The translations under genes were made by a program, and so were the position numbers. 64,000 nt of DNA from assembly GCF_009914755.1 (NCBI RefSeq), contig NC_060926.1; one strand, 5' to 3'. This DNA comes from the human T2T-CHM13v2.0 reference genome, Homo sapiens. This document shows positions 43,495 through 57,828 of the stretch, in pieces. How positions within the stretch are numbered: position 1 is the stretch's first letter; the number at the start of each line of letters is the position of its first letter. The notes under the pieces were generated by a model. It was not told the DNA's origin. It saw only the letters and a list, made by a program, of their open reading frames with translations, and ran no database searches.

Positions 43495-43668
43495 TATATA
43501 TACATACACATATATATGTGTATATATAAATATATGTAAAATATACACACATATACATATATGTACATATATGCACACATATATACGTGTATCTATAGCT
43601 ATATCTATATATTTGTATATACATGTATCTATATATATAGATTTATATATTTATATAGATAGATATAC
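43495..43668. repeat. TA-rich low-complexity tract inside L1MA
   Basis: Direct read. Confidence 0.85.
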
Positions 43669-46600
43669 TGCTTAAAAAAAGGAAAATCTTTCCATTTGCG
43701 ACAACATAGATGGAGCTGGAAGATGGAGCTGGAAGAAATAAGCAAAGAAAGAAATATGGCATGATCTCACTTATATGTGAAATCTATAAAAGTCAAACAC
43801 AGTACAGCAGCAGAATGTTGGCAGCCAGGGGTGGGAGGTGGGGAAAATGGAAAGATATTGGTCAAAGGGTACAAAGTTTCAGTTATGCAAGACAAATAAC
43901 TTCTGGAGATCTAATATACAGCATGGGGACGAAAGGTAAAAATACTGTATTACATACTTGGAATTTGCCAAGAGGATAGATCTTACATTTAATCTTTTCA
44001 CCACATGCACGCAAACACACAATGATACCTATGTGAAGATAGATATGTTAGTTAGCTTGATTGTGGTAAGCATTTCACAATGTATACTTGTATAAGAACA
44101 TCAAGTTGTAAACCTCACATATCTATATGTATATATAATTTTATATATTAGTATCTTAAAGCTGTTAGCAAAATATGCCATTTTTAAAGAAGGAATTTAA
44201 TTGGAGAGGACAGAGATAATCTCTCTATCTGTTTCATGTTAAAAAACTAGCTCTGTTTAATGGAAATAGGCACCTATTATCTGATGAGTTCTTCTCTTTA
44301 TTTCATTAAAAAGATTTTTATAAAGGAGGAGTTTTTTTTCTGACTTAGACCAGTGAGATTTCATTAAACATACACATACAAACACACTCACAAAAGAGGA
44401 CTCTCTAGCCAGATACGGTCTCATCATTTCGTGTTTCTAGCAAGATAATTATAGTGTAAAACATAGACAAATGTGGGTACGAAGAGCTTCATTTTCTGCC
44501 TAGCTTGCTGAAGGTCAAAGTTTGGTAACCTGTGGAGGAAGCCTTCTAGTGTGAGCCCATCATCACATCATGAACAGCAAATATAGCATCAGCTTCCTTC
44601 CTGAGCCTTGTGATTGTTCTGTGCTGCAAGGGGAAAATCAGTAGAGGACATCCTGAGGAAGTGAAAATCAGCTTTGCCTTACTTCATTTGTACCAGCTTT
44701 CAGAATAAGATGATATTGCCACTGATGAGTTTCTTTTAAATGACTGTTTTCTCCAGCGGTATTTTATAAACGGTTGTTGCATTAAAGAGTAAATGAAACC
44801 TCCCCGAAGAACACACTCCACCATGCCTTTAGTGTCTTTACTGACACATCTGGGAAGACGGATGGACCCTAAAGAGCTAGCTGCAAACTAAGTGAGTCAC
44901 ATTTGTCTCCCAGGAATGTTTTATATGCTGCAAAATGTGACAAAGGCCATTACGGAGATTATATTTCCCAGCAATGAATCCGCTGTCCATCCTCTGCTAT
45001 TCCAAACATTCAGAAAATTTCTCAGGAATTACTGATGGCCCAGAAAGCAAGCAGTCATTGACTCGCTGCCCTAATATTTTCCCTGAAGATAGGGCAATGA
45101 CAATAAATTTCTTAAATTGAGAATGGGTGTTGAAATATATGAAAAAAAACTTTCTAAATTCTACTCATTCAAAGTTTTATATAAAAATATTTTCCACAGT
45201 TTATGTTGATAATCAGGTGTATGTTACTATCAGCTAAACGAAAAATTTCAATATTGCAAAATATATATTCTTGGCTTTCTTCTAAAATTTGTCATCTGTG
45301 CCACCTATTCATTTACAAATGTTAAATTGTTTAAGTCAACTAAATCCTTGTACTATTTACTGAGAATATTTAAGCTAGAAACACGGTCTCTGACCTTGAG
45401 AAGAGTATGAAAATAAAATTAAATGATACATATGCAGCAAAAGTGCACAATTAAGAAGTAGACTATTTGATGCATATCTGGATACATTAGCAGTAGATAC
45501 ACTTACAGGATGCAATAATTGTCAATGTTTCCAGGAAGCAAGTCCAATTCATGGTGGTCATTAAAGGATGAACTGTTAATTTGACAAGTCGAAATGTGGG
45601 ATACACTTTTAAGACACTTATGGATTCAGTAAAAATGTATGTGTTGTGTATTAAAGCCACATCACATCCAGGCATGAAAGATGCTGTTTGGCCCAACACA
45701 CCCATCAGCTCTGACTACTGTCTTTCATGCTGCTTTTGGTTTACATCCTGTGCCTGGGTTCTCAAATGGCTCAGTTTCAGAGCTCTCTCAGAACCACAGC
45801 TTTTAGCCCTGGTTTTCAGCATTCCCCCAGTTTTGCCCTTTGAAACTCCCAGTAACACCTTCGTAAGGCGTTTCACTTTATATGCAAGGCTCTGTTTCTC
45901 AAATCATGCACAGGAACTCCTGATTTCTTTTCATTGACCTCTAGAACTAACTTCTTGTGCTCCTGGAATAGGACCTTGCTGTACTTGCTGGTGACAAATA
46001 GTAAACAGAATGCCAGTCAGAAACATAGCAAAACAAAATAACAACAATAATGTATGTTTCTTTACCTGGGCATTAATTTTCCTGAAACTAATTGTTTGAG
46101 CATATCAGAATGACTTGTGAACCTCTTTACCCATAACATTACCCATCATCCATAGCGTTATTATGTTTGTGTTTTTAGTCTATAACTGAAATCTAGCAGC
46201 TTCATCCTGCCTCTTGCCAAGAGAAGCTATAATGCTCAGTGAAGAACCTGATGTGGCCCCACAAATACAGTCTTATGTAAACAATTAAATGTAGTGATTG
46301 AACCCACTTTCTGTCACCTCAGAAGGACAATCAACTTTTAGGACCATTCTTAAACATTTAAAGGACTTGGGGCAGATATAGCAGGCAAGAGAAAACATAA
46401 AAAGACCGAGACTTAATATAATATAGAATTGATCTTGCATAACTGCAAAACCTCTAGCTTCTGCATATTCCTTTATTACTGGAAAATTCTGAATTTATTG
46501 CTTTTATCTGGGCCCCAACTTACTTTCTGCCATATTGAATAGTAGTCAGTTACTTAGAAACAATTAATATAGTTTATTGTAATGAATTTCTTCTTCACCC

Positions 46601-48759
46601 TTAAAAAAGTATGTGTGTGTGCATGCATTTGTGTGTGTAATAAAAGCATAGCATATAAATATATGTATTCATTTTTAGTATACAGTTTTCCAGTTCTAAT
46701 AAGTTATCAAGAAGGAATTAATTATCAGGCCATGATACGAGAGGTGAGGGAAAACCTACTTCTCAGCAGTTAGGTCAGCATCAAAGAGAAGCTGATTGAA
46801 TTGACTTGGAACATAGCAGAAAATGGAAAGTAACATCAGGAGCTCAGGAAGACAGAGTAGAGTTGATAAATCAGTCCCGAACATGCAAAGTCATTATTGT
46901 AAAGGGCAGTGAAAAGACCAAGAAGTGAGCATGATAGAGCTGGATGAATCAGTGGTTAGCCAGGAGGCCTAAAGATCTGAAATTGTTAGTTGAGCCTTGA
47001 GTGTTACCTGCTTCTACACCTTTCTACTTCACGAGCCAAACCACTTTTAAAAAAAGGCAGAATGTTTCCTACTCTAAAAGAATGTAGCAGAGAAAATCAA
47101 GACATGATACTTCACACATCATTTTTCATGTCATGTTTAGAAAAATGTATCCATATTTTATAATTAAATATATTTACAATATCAAATATATGTCTATAAT
47201 TTATCATTATAAATTATATAATCTTTATATATACAGACAGAGAAAAAAGAAGAGAGAGAGAAGTGGAGATTGGAGAAGTCTTGAGACATTCTGAAATGGG
47301 CTTATATGAGAAATCCAAAGAATGAATGAATCCACAAAGAAATGACTAAATCTAGAAGAGTTAAACAGGTACATATCATGGTAGGTGCCCGTGTCTTCAT
47401 CTAGGGTTGAGGAATAATGGAGTATGTCTACGGAGATTGTCTCTACCTAGCATATATTTATTAACCATATTTTTGTTAGTGTCACAAGTTAATAACTAAA
47501 ATAAATCATAGCTATTCATTATTTTACACCACATGTGCCTACCAGTATCCCAACAGGTGATTATCAAACAGCTTTCTAATTTAAATCCTTGTTGCTCATT
47601 ATTCTTCCAAACTTTATGCTTAGGATTACTGAAATATTCCAGATGTAGCCTCATTTTACAGTTTTTCCTCTTTATAATGGATTGTTTTGTGTTATAGTAA
47701 GATGATTGCTGTGCAATCACCTGGTATATGTCAGCATGTTATAACACTTTCAGTAATTTCATCTTACTTCGTACATACTGCAACTCGTTACAAATGAATG
47801 CATAAAAATATGAAATACCCCTAGCAAATCATGATTACATAAAGGCACTCAATTTTGTTTTTCCACAGGAAATTTGGAAGTAACTTCTCTTAATAGGCAA
47901 CATGCAGTTTTGAACCCTTAGCTCTGGGGTATCCACTGATGAGAACAGTTGGTGAAATAAAGATCATGCTCCCAACCGTAGTTATTTTCAAGTAGGTCTA
48001 CTCGGCAATTTGTTTTAGTGGTTCCTGTGGCTCTCTGTAAGAGAGGACCACCTCGAATTTCACTTCGAGTCTCTCTGGTGGAGGAGGAAAAACCTCTCCT
48101 TTTATTCAGCTTTTATATTGTATTTATAGATGTTTGCCTAGTTTAGCTCTGGAGTAGAATTAATATATTTTACTTCCATAATATAACTATAGAAAACAGT
48201 CATATATCTATAATTGTATAAAATTGTATGATTTTAGGTGTTCTTAAAGCTGTTGGGTTGTTGGAATCACACCTTATTCCTGTATTATGAAATTCTGTTC
48301 TCCTCTAAGAGTCCACCATTATAAGGTGTTTTCCCTATAATTTAAGATTTAATTTCCAGTAAAATAAAGTCATCTGGATTATATGACCATTTAAGTGTCC
48401 TCAGTTGCTTACACCATATAGTATTTGAAAGATATGGGCATCAATATTTATAGAAAGGTAGAGGTTTTTTTTTTTTTGTACTTACTGTGGTAGTAAGGAA
48501 GAAATGGCCATTACTGCTTGTACGTTAGTCACATAAGAATATTATATGTGAAGTTTCTATATAAACTGTAAAGTAGATATTCAGAACAAGCTATTATTAT
48601 ACAAAGGTAACTGGTATTCTTTCCATTTAGCATGTTAAACCTCAGCCTCCGAGTGATAAATCAATCCATGGGTAATAATGTGCTATCAGATATTAAAGTA
48701 ATTTTATGTTCAGAGACATAGAAAGAATATAACCATTTGACTTGACCAAATATGACTTG

Positions 48760-48932
48760 GAATCTTAGTTCTCACACCTACCTTTTTACCTTGAACAAAT
48801 CACGTCGCGTCTCTGAATTACCTTCTCTTCAATTATAAAATATAAGGAATGATAGATAAGCCATAAGCCTGCTATAATTAGTTCTGCACATTCTGTAATA
48901 TGTGACAGGTGCTCAATGAAAGGTAATTATTG
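48760..48932 (+). mobile_element. MIR
   Basis: accttgaacaaatcac...tctctgaattaccttctcttcaattataaaat...aggtgctcaatgaa. Confidence 0.55.
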
Positions 48933-50910
48933 TTGGAAATATTGTAGTGTGGAAGCTCAGCAAATATTTGCTGATAGACAAGCAGAGGACCACACACTGT
49001 TGCAATTTAGCATGTTAAATGCAAAACTGCAGTTTCTGAATTGCCCCTTGGGAGACAAGAACTAGAAATTCCCTCTTTCTCCAGCTTCAATTAGAAAAAA
49101 AAAAATACTACACCTGGAGAATTCTTGTAAAAACAAGATAATTTCACAGGTTCAGAGAAACCATGCAAGGTAACAAAATAGAGACTCAATCATTTGAGAA
49201 TCAAGGCAATAACTCAATTGTTCAAATTCAGATATAAAATATTTTTACTCAATCACAAGAAACATAAAATCTTTATTGTTATTACTACTACTACTATTAT
49301 TATTATTAGCTGATACTTTAGAAAATATACCCTACCCTAGGCATTGTGTTAAAGAAATCTTTAATATTTGATATCACAGAAATAGAGAGGTGGTCTTTTG
49401 GATGGATCATCTCTGTTGTACAAATGTGACCTTTGAGGCACAGTGTGCAGAACAGAAATCCACTGGATGTGTTAAATAAATAAATTACTAGGTAAATGAA
49501 TTTATTGAATGACTTTCCCTGTCAGAAACATAATCCAGTGCTATACAGTCTGAAGTTTGAAGGTACTTAAAACTAGGGCTCTATGTAGAAGTAGAAACAG
49601 CATTAATATTAACCTGGTTCAATTTTGTTGGCCAGTGTCATTGCTCAAATTAAACCTAAATCAACCCCAGTACCTGCGCCTATATGTGCACAGTGAAAGG
49701 GAAGGATATGGGTTTAAAGACAAGGGCCATTAAGGTCTTTGCATCCAAGTGCATTCAGTTCCACAGAGATTAGAGACTGATAATTTGATACTAGTGTTTC
49801 TCTGGCCCACATTTGGAACATTTTTGACATACTGATGATTCCTGGCTCTACTCTAGTACCACCACAGCAGAATCTCAGGAGATTGAGCTATGCTTGATCA
49901 GCCAGAATTGAGAAATAGCTGCAATACTTACCCTGCCTGGAGGATAAAGTGAAGGTTAAAGATTTTATCCTATCTGCTCTCATGCCTTGAGAACAGAACT
50001 CTACTGGATCCATTGAATAAATAAATATGTAGGTGAACTAATTAACTGAGTATCGCTGACAGACTTGACTTTCTAATTAACATTTGCATGTTTCATAACT
50101 AAGTTTAAAAGTACTCAGTGACTTCCATCTCCTATAATAGCTCTGAATGTTTTTCTAATCTCTTTCTAACCTGGCCCAGCCTCATACTCCACACCTGGGT
50201 GCTCAGTCTCCTAACTCCTTCTCTCTAGTCAGTATCCCATGGGCAAGTAATAATACAAGGTGCCATTCAATGATAATCACAATTATTTCAGCCATTTTAA
50301 AAACCAAATACAGTATGTTTTGCAGTCTTGTTTCCCACTTATAACCAACACAGCTATAGTCTGTTGATACCAAAATATTCACCCACAGATGCACACTTCA
50401 CAGTTCATACCCACAGCTTTGGCTCATGTCGGTTCTTCTGTTGGCCTCTGGGTGCTATCTTGCAAGCTGAGGCTCCCTGGAACCATCACTATGGGACCAG
50501 TACATGAAAGCTAAAAAAATTTGGACTCATTGCCCTTATCAGTCTTTATCATAGTCATCTGCCATTCTGAGACCGCCATTGACCACACACTAATGAAATG
50601 CTGTCTGCTGATGATAACACTCACATACCATGGTGAGCTCTCCAAATCACACCAGTAAAGTAACAGTACATAAGGGATATTTATTAGTTCTTCTTCCTGG
50701 GTTACTTATTATTCTAGTAAAGTAATACTATTTTAGGAATCTATTGTGCAGGGGGGAAATGTGACTTAAATTAGACGTTTCTAAAGCCTCATCTCCAGCA
50801 GTATACACCTTTGAGACACAAGATTGTTTCTTCCTCTTTAATCATCGATTTTGAGAAACATAGCAAAGGCTCTATACTTGCATAAAAACAGTACAGCTTA
50901 AATTTTCTTT

Positions 50911-51288
<378 letters not shown>

Positions 51289-52377
51289 TAAGTTAGTATA
51301 ATGCCTAAGTCCAGACATATTTCCAAAACACATTAGTTTGTGGGATAAAACATTGCTATAGTGATGATGATGATGATAATATTAATCACTAAAATTTTTG
51401 GCTGTTGTACTGGGTTCTTTCTACTCAAATCCCAATATAATTATGCATTAAACAATTTTATTTTCAAAAAGAAAAAATTACTAATACAAGTTAACTCATT
51501 TAATTATTATCACTTAGCTAGTCAATAATGACTCCACAATTTGATTTAAAGATGTGATATGCCCAAAATGACCTACAATTGTATTTAATGCTCCACTATA
51601 CTATGGCTAGAAATAATAGTGATATATTAGTCTAGAAATGTCCATAGCTCCTCATCCTAAATAACTAGAAATTTATTACCATTTCATAATTAATTGATTC
51701 GAACATCTAGTTTAGTTACAAAGAAAATATTTCAAAAAACTATTTCAACTAAAAAAATACCGAACTGGTACCAAACATTAAGAATAATGGCTATACAGAT
51801 ATGCCCTGCAATGTCTTTGCAATAGTGAGATTCCTCATTCTTCCTTTCTTGTTTTGTTTTAAATCTTTATGTTCTGTGATTTAAACAGACTTCTTCCAAA
51901 TATAAAGCAAAACTATAAAGTGTAAGAAAAGGGTCAAATAAAATAAGTGCCTTTAATGGAAAGAATACAAATGATTATTCTCTAATTGTCTCAGAAATAA
52001 AAGAAATATAATCCTACGACAGTTCCTGGACTAATCAAAATAAAGTAAGTGAAAAAGAGAATTTCACAATTGTTTTTCTTTTGTTAAATCAGGTGCTATA
52101 AACTATAGAAATATGAATGAAAATTTTTATTAGCCTAAAGTGTCAACTGTCATGATTAATGTATTATGACAAATAAATTAGTTAAAATTATACTTATATG
52201 TTCTGGATTGTCTTATTCATTTTTAGATTTAATTTTTTTTCACTTATATGGCTCAGTAATCTACTTACTTCTAGCAGGAATCCTCTAATGTAGATATCAG
52301 CAGGTTTAGTGGCATATGCAACTCTAACAAGGATGAAAACACTCATGTGGTCCTTACTACTTGAAGCTGAAATTATT

Positions 52378-52755
52378 TAGTAGCTAAAAACATGAATTTT
52401 CACATTACGTAGATGAGTATAAATCCATATTTCCCTATAATGGGATCTTAGGCAAATAATTCAAACTCACTAAATCTTAATGGGGCACAGTAGCTCATGC
52501 CTGTAGTCTCAGTGCCTCAGAAGCTGAGGTGGGAGGATCTCTTGAGCCCCGGAGTTTGAGTTAAACTTGGGTAACATAGCAAGAACTCATCTCTAAAAAA
52601 TAAGCTTCAAAAAAGAAAGAAATACAAACAACCTACAAAATATCAATATCTCATATGTTGAAAATGTGGATAATATCACTTTAAATATTTTTGTAAAAAT
52701 TGAATAAGGTTATGGCATACCTGGCACATATTAAGCATTTCATAAATAGTATTTT
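52378..52755 (+). mobile_element. MIR interrupted by an Alu monomer
   Basis: gatcttaggcaaataattcaaactcactaaatct...cctggcacatattaagcatttcataaat. Confidence 0.55.
52482..52602 (+). mobile_element. FLAM-like Alu monomer
   Basis: ggcacagtagctcatgcctgtagtctcag...ggaggatctcttgagccccggagtttgag. Confidence 0.8.
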
Positions 52756-55700
52756 ATTAAAGGCATTATCATCCATCAGTGTAAAAGGATATGTTCAACT
52801 TATATTTGTTATATACCTTCTATATACTGTTTTAGTTGTTGCATGTACAAATATTTTTAAAATTTCTATAATAGAAAATTATATTTCTATGATAGAATAG
52901 ACATACATAAAAAGTAATAAGAACAATTTATAATGTGTTGGTTACTGATGAGTACTGTGATGAAAATAAAAGTGGAGAGACCCACCAGGCTTCAGTTAAG
53001 AAATGGAATGTTTTGAAGTTATAAATGAAGTGGATGGGCAAGCCTTCACTGAGAAGGAATATTTAAACATATGTATCTTTCTACATTTTGGTGTGTGTCA
53101 AAGCACATAAAACGCCTGACATACAGAATTCCCCACTCCATTTTGGTTTACATTTTGGCATAAAAAAATAAGTCCAATTGAAATTATTTGTGTACGTATT
53201 TCTGTACCACATTGGCTGTATTAATGGAGACACACGCTTGCACTCAGAAACACACATATATATGTAAAATATATAAAAACTTTTATATATTTTATAATTT
53301 ATAGTTTTAATGAATTTATGCATACTTCCACATATTTATACATATTTACATATCCTTATGTTGCATAATAAACTTCAAAGATATTTCAAATATCATTGAA
53401 TGCTCCATTAGAAATGGACGAGCTGACATCATGATAAATTTCATGGAGATAGAGCTTGCTAGACTTAGTACCTGACGAAAGTTGCAGGTTGCAGTGAAGG
53501 AAGATGTCTGGAAAAATTCATGGGTTCTAGGTTGGGCAACAATATAAATGTTAGTGACACACAAGAAATAAAAATGTAGAAGGAAAAATAAGCTTGAATG
53601 GAAAGATAACATGTTTCACATAAAATATCATAGAATATACTGAGGTTTAAAGATCTAGGGAACATTAGATATAGATAAACGTCACGAAGCAACTTGTTAC
53701 CTAGGCTATCATGTGTAATAGCCACATCACTCTCACATCAGAAAGGCTGATTAAAGGGATGTGATGCAAGTTAGCAGAGGAGAGAATTTCAAGAAGTTTT
53801 ATGAGCAGGTCAAAAGATCATTGTATGTATCAATTATAAGGTCATGCTTACTGGAGGCAAGTGAAGATTTAGTGGAGTCCTGTATGTAGACGGGAGTTAG
53901 TAGCTTGAAAGCAAATGGGTTGTGAGATGAGGAGGTAGAGCTTGGTTTTGAAAGATATAGTAAGTCTTCTGTTAAGTGCCTCCATCATCTCAGCAATTTT
54001 CCCTTTATGACTCTTCTACATACTGTAGTTATTTGTCTCATGTCTATATCTGTGGCCAGGGTGTGAGCTTGACATGATGCATTATTCTTCAGTGAGCCCA
54101 CCAAAATAACACAATTTTGTCACATGAGTATTCCTCCAAAAATAATGTGTTTGAGTGGATCGGTAATGAGAAAAATAGATGTTATTTTAGGGGTGCAAGG
54201 ATTCTTTTTTCTTTTTTGTATTAAGTGTTAATGGATTTAAAGTGTATAAGTACCAAGTAGAGACAGAAAGAAATGACAATATGGAAAACACAGAAGCATG
54301 ATAGGTAGATAACACCAGTCTTGGTTGAAAGGATGTGTGAGGATTGTGGAGAAAGGAGAGGAGGGTAGGGAATAAAATGAAGAACAAAGTGGGAGGGATA
54401 ATCCTTGAAGAACAGTAACAAACCTGCTCTGAGCGTTGAAGACAGTGTAAGGATATAGTCACAGATTTAGGTGTGGTAATGGAAAACTAACTTTGATGTT
54501 TTCTATTTCTTTGTGAAATAGAAAATAAGGTCATATAGTGGAGGTAGGAGAGTAGGCAGAATGAAACACATATTGATTTTGCTTTAGCTCTGAAGACTAA
54601 AAGCCACCTGTACTTAAACAGAAAATTCAGATTTATTATACCAATAGGGCTAGTCCTGGATCCTATTTAGCCAGAACTTTTATTTTTCTGACTGCAGTTT
54701 TCCTTTCTTTTTACAGTTGACCACAGTATAGCTAAATGCACATCTTGATTTTGCATTAAAATGTAAGACTGCCCTCTTTCTGCAATAATTCAAACTGCAG
54801 GATGTTTGCATGTGATTAAATGTTGACACATTGTACTACCGTTTTTCAACTGTATGCATAGTAGAGCTCCAGATTTCCTCCAATTATTTAATTTATATAT
54901 TAAGTTTAAGTATAAACTTAATGTTTAGTGTGTGTGTGTGTGTGTGAGAGAGAGGCAGAAAATGAACTTGAACAAGAATTAAGACACAGAAAACTTTAAT
55001 GAGAATTAATAGTTAAGAAAATAATACTTATTATTCTTCTAGAAATACAAGAGAAAGTGCAACTATAAATTGACATTCTCCTTTATTGTGAATCCACTAA
55101 CAGGTTTAGCCCTAGGTCTAGTAAGTCTCCAAGGAGATATTCAGGAATATATTCCAAAATCCCATGTTTATTGTCTTCCATAAGCTTTGGTTTGTATGCT
55201 TTGTAGTCAGGGCCATGCACAGCTCATGTGTGACTTGCTAGGCTGGCAAACTGCTGATGTGGCCGATTAGTTGGCTCCATTTGGAAACATGAATATTATG
55301 CTTAGAAAATAGTGTTGCTAAGTGAGTTTCTCTCACTCTCTTATTTTTTAACTAACTGAGCCAGAGGAATGGATTATACATATTTGTTGTTTTGCATATA
55401 AATTGGAAATTACTCCTTTCCCCTACCTGCAGTTGCAAATAATGTTTCCTCCACTTTTGTCTGAACAGCAATCTCCATTTTTAGATGAGCCCTGTCCAAA
55501 TTATTGGAAAATTATAACATTTGCTGACAGCCTCCTTTAAAGTGATCAATCAAACTTCTCCAAGAGAAAATTATATTTTTAAAGGAAGCTTTATAACTTT
55601 AATGGCTTCAAAGGTCAAGTTATTTCTTTTCTTCAATTTAAGGACATGTTCTTGAGTCAATCAATATTAATTCAACATAAGACCTTAGTCCCCAATTTCA

Positions 55701-57325
55701 CCTCTTATGTTAGCTAACATAATTAAACCTGTGTTGCTGAGCAAAATGTCAAATACCTTTTTCTTAGGACAAAGTACTCTATCTGGGTTTTCTTTTTCAA
55801 TTTTCATTAATTTAAACAAGCAAATTTATTTTTATTGTATTGAGCATCAAATAAAAGCAATTACTCAGCATGCTTCTGGATTTGGTAATGAATATTTTTT
55901 TCTGAATTTGAGAATGAGGCTTTCCATGTGCCCCCTCCCCATCTGTCAGGCATAGAATTGGTTGGACTGTGGTGAGCAGCAGTCACTTGGGATAGTGTTT
56001 GCTTAGTCTTAGGTTCCAAACCCTCAGTAAAACTCATTTAAAAACTGACTGAGACAGAGCTCAATGCACTAAAAAGTCTTCTTGACTCTTTCTCAATCTC
56101 TCTTTTAATACCATGAGCACTGACCTGAATTAGACTGACTATTCTTTCTTGGTATTTAATTTCTGCATAATACTTTCCATATAATTCTCTGGAATTCTCG
56201 ATGACTTTGTTCTAACTTTTACCTTAGATTTCTGGTAATTGCTTCAGATATACTTCTACCCCTCCATTTTAACAGTACTCAAAGCCCAGTGTAATGTGCT
56301 TTTCAAATAAGACCAATTCTAGGCTTCACTGAATCTACTGCACACACGATTACAAATCTAGAATTTTCTAAATGCTAATGGGAAAATGTTGAGACTTTTA
56401 GAGAACAAGTTTATTCAGAAAAAAAAAACTGAGCTAAAATGTAAGATTAGATATTCCAATAAACTAAATGCCAATAATGTGTATTTTTCCAATATGCCAT
56501 TCTGAAACAAAGCAGAGTATTCAGATAATTGTGATACTATTTGATACATTATTGTTTATTGGTCTCTCTTCTGACATTTAAAATAAGAAATGTTCATTTA
56601 TTCCTTAAGTAAATATTACAAGACTGCTAATTGTACATCATTTCATTATGGATGTGTACACCCACACATATAAAATTATATATGTTAAAATATTTGGACT
56701 GGTGTGTGTGTGTATTTTGAGTAAAGTAAAAAAATGATGAAGAGGACCCAGATTAAAATGTGAAGTTAATGAAGCTGCTACTATACACCATGTCTTTTAC
56801 TTCAAAAACACTTCAGCCTTGTCAATGTTACAGTATGTATTGGTTGGTTAGTTTAAGCTAAATAGTGTATGGTCAGTTTCTCTTGTTAGAGAATTCAGAA
56901 GCATTTAATCCAACATTACAACGCATAAATGATGACTTCCTATTTTTTATATTTCTGACGCTTTGACATCTGAGGCCTTGCTGATCCTAGAGACACTGTC
57001 CAACAAGGCCTAGCCAATTCCTAGAGACAGTAAAGGACTCACTGGCCTGCAAGGGTGACTTTCATATACAAACTAACCAACTAGCCCACATTCCCACCAC
57101 TTCCTTTAATCAGGCTTACACCCTCAGGGTCACTATTCCCCTGCCCTAATCACCCAAGGGCCAGTACCAGACAACTAGGGACAACCCTGGTGCTCCAAAA
57201 CATACTGAAATTATTAAAATTATCAGATCTTGAACCTACTGAGACAGAAATCACAATAAAGGCTCCTGCCCACATTCCATATTTTTTTCTCACTTTTCTC
57301 TCTCTTTTCTCTCTCTTTTCTCTCT

Positions 57326-57646
57326 CTTTTTTCTTTTATTTATTTATTTTTATTTTTTATTTTACTTTAAGTTCTAGGGTACATGTGCACAACATGCAGG
57401 TTTATTACCTATGTATACATGTGCCATGTTGGTGTGCTGCACCCATTAACTCGTCATTTACATTAGGTACATCTCCTAATGCTATCCCTCCCCCGTTCCC
57501 CCACCCCCTGGCAGGGCCCGGTGTGTGATGTTCCCCACCCTGTGTCCAAGTGTTCTCATTGTTCAATTCCCACCTATGAGTGAGAACATGCGGTGTTTGG
57601 TTTTCTATCCTTGCGATAGTTTGCTCAGAATGATGGTTTCCAGCTT
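57326..57646 (-). mobile_element. L1PA5-like 3' end with poly(A)
   Basis: taagttctagggtacatgtgcacaac...ccttgcgatagtttgctcagaatgatggtttccagctt. Confidence 0.92.
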
Positions 57647-57828
57647 AGACTCCTACACAATAATAATGGGAGACTTTAACACCCCACTGTCAACATTAGA
57701 CAGATCAACGAGACAGAAAGTTAGCAAGGATGTCCAGGAATTAAACTCAGCTCTGCACCAAGCGGACCTAATAGACATCTACAGAACTCTCCACCCCAAA
57801 ACAACAGAGTATACATTCTTCTCAGCAC
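57644..57828 (+). mobile_element. Inverted L1 ORF2 endonuclease-domain fragment (same insertion as 57326-57646)
   Basis: Translates DSYTIIMGDFNTPLSTLDRSTRQKVSKDVQELNSALHQADLIDIYRTLHPKTTEYTFFSA. Confidence 0.93.

Larger units (their letters stand above)
42110..44170 (+). mobile_element. L1MA8/9-like element (ORF2 C-terminal part plus 3'UTR)
   Basis: tagaccaatggaacagaatagagagcccagaaataa; gggtacaaagtttcagttatgcaaga...ttctggagatctaatatacagcatgg. Confidence 0.85.

Noticed and set aside
54899-54922. 10-bp inverted repeat attaagttta/taaacttaat
   Set aside because: Short and AT-rich; expected by chance in 64 kb.
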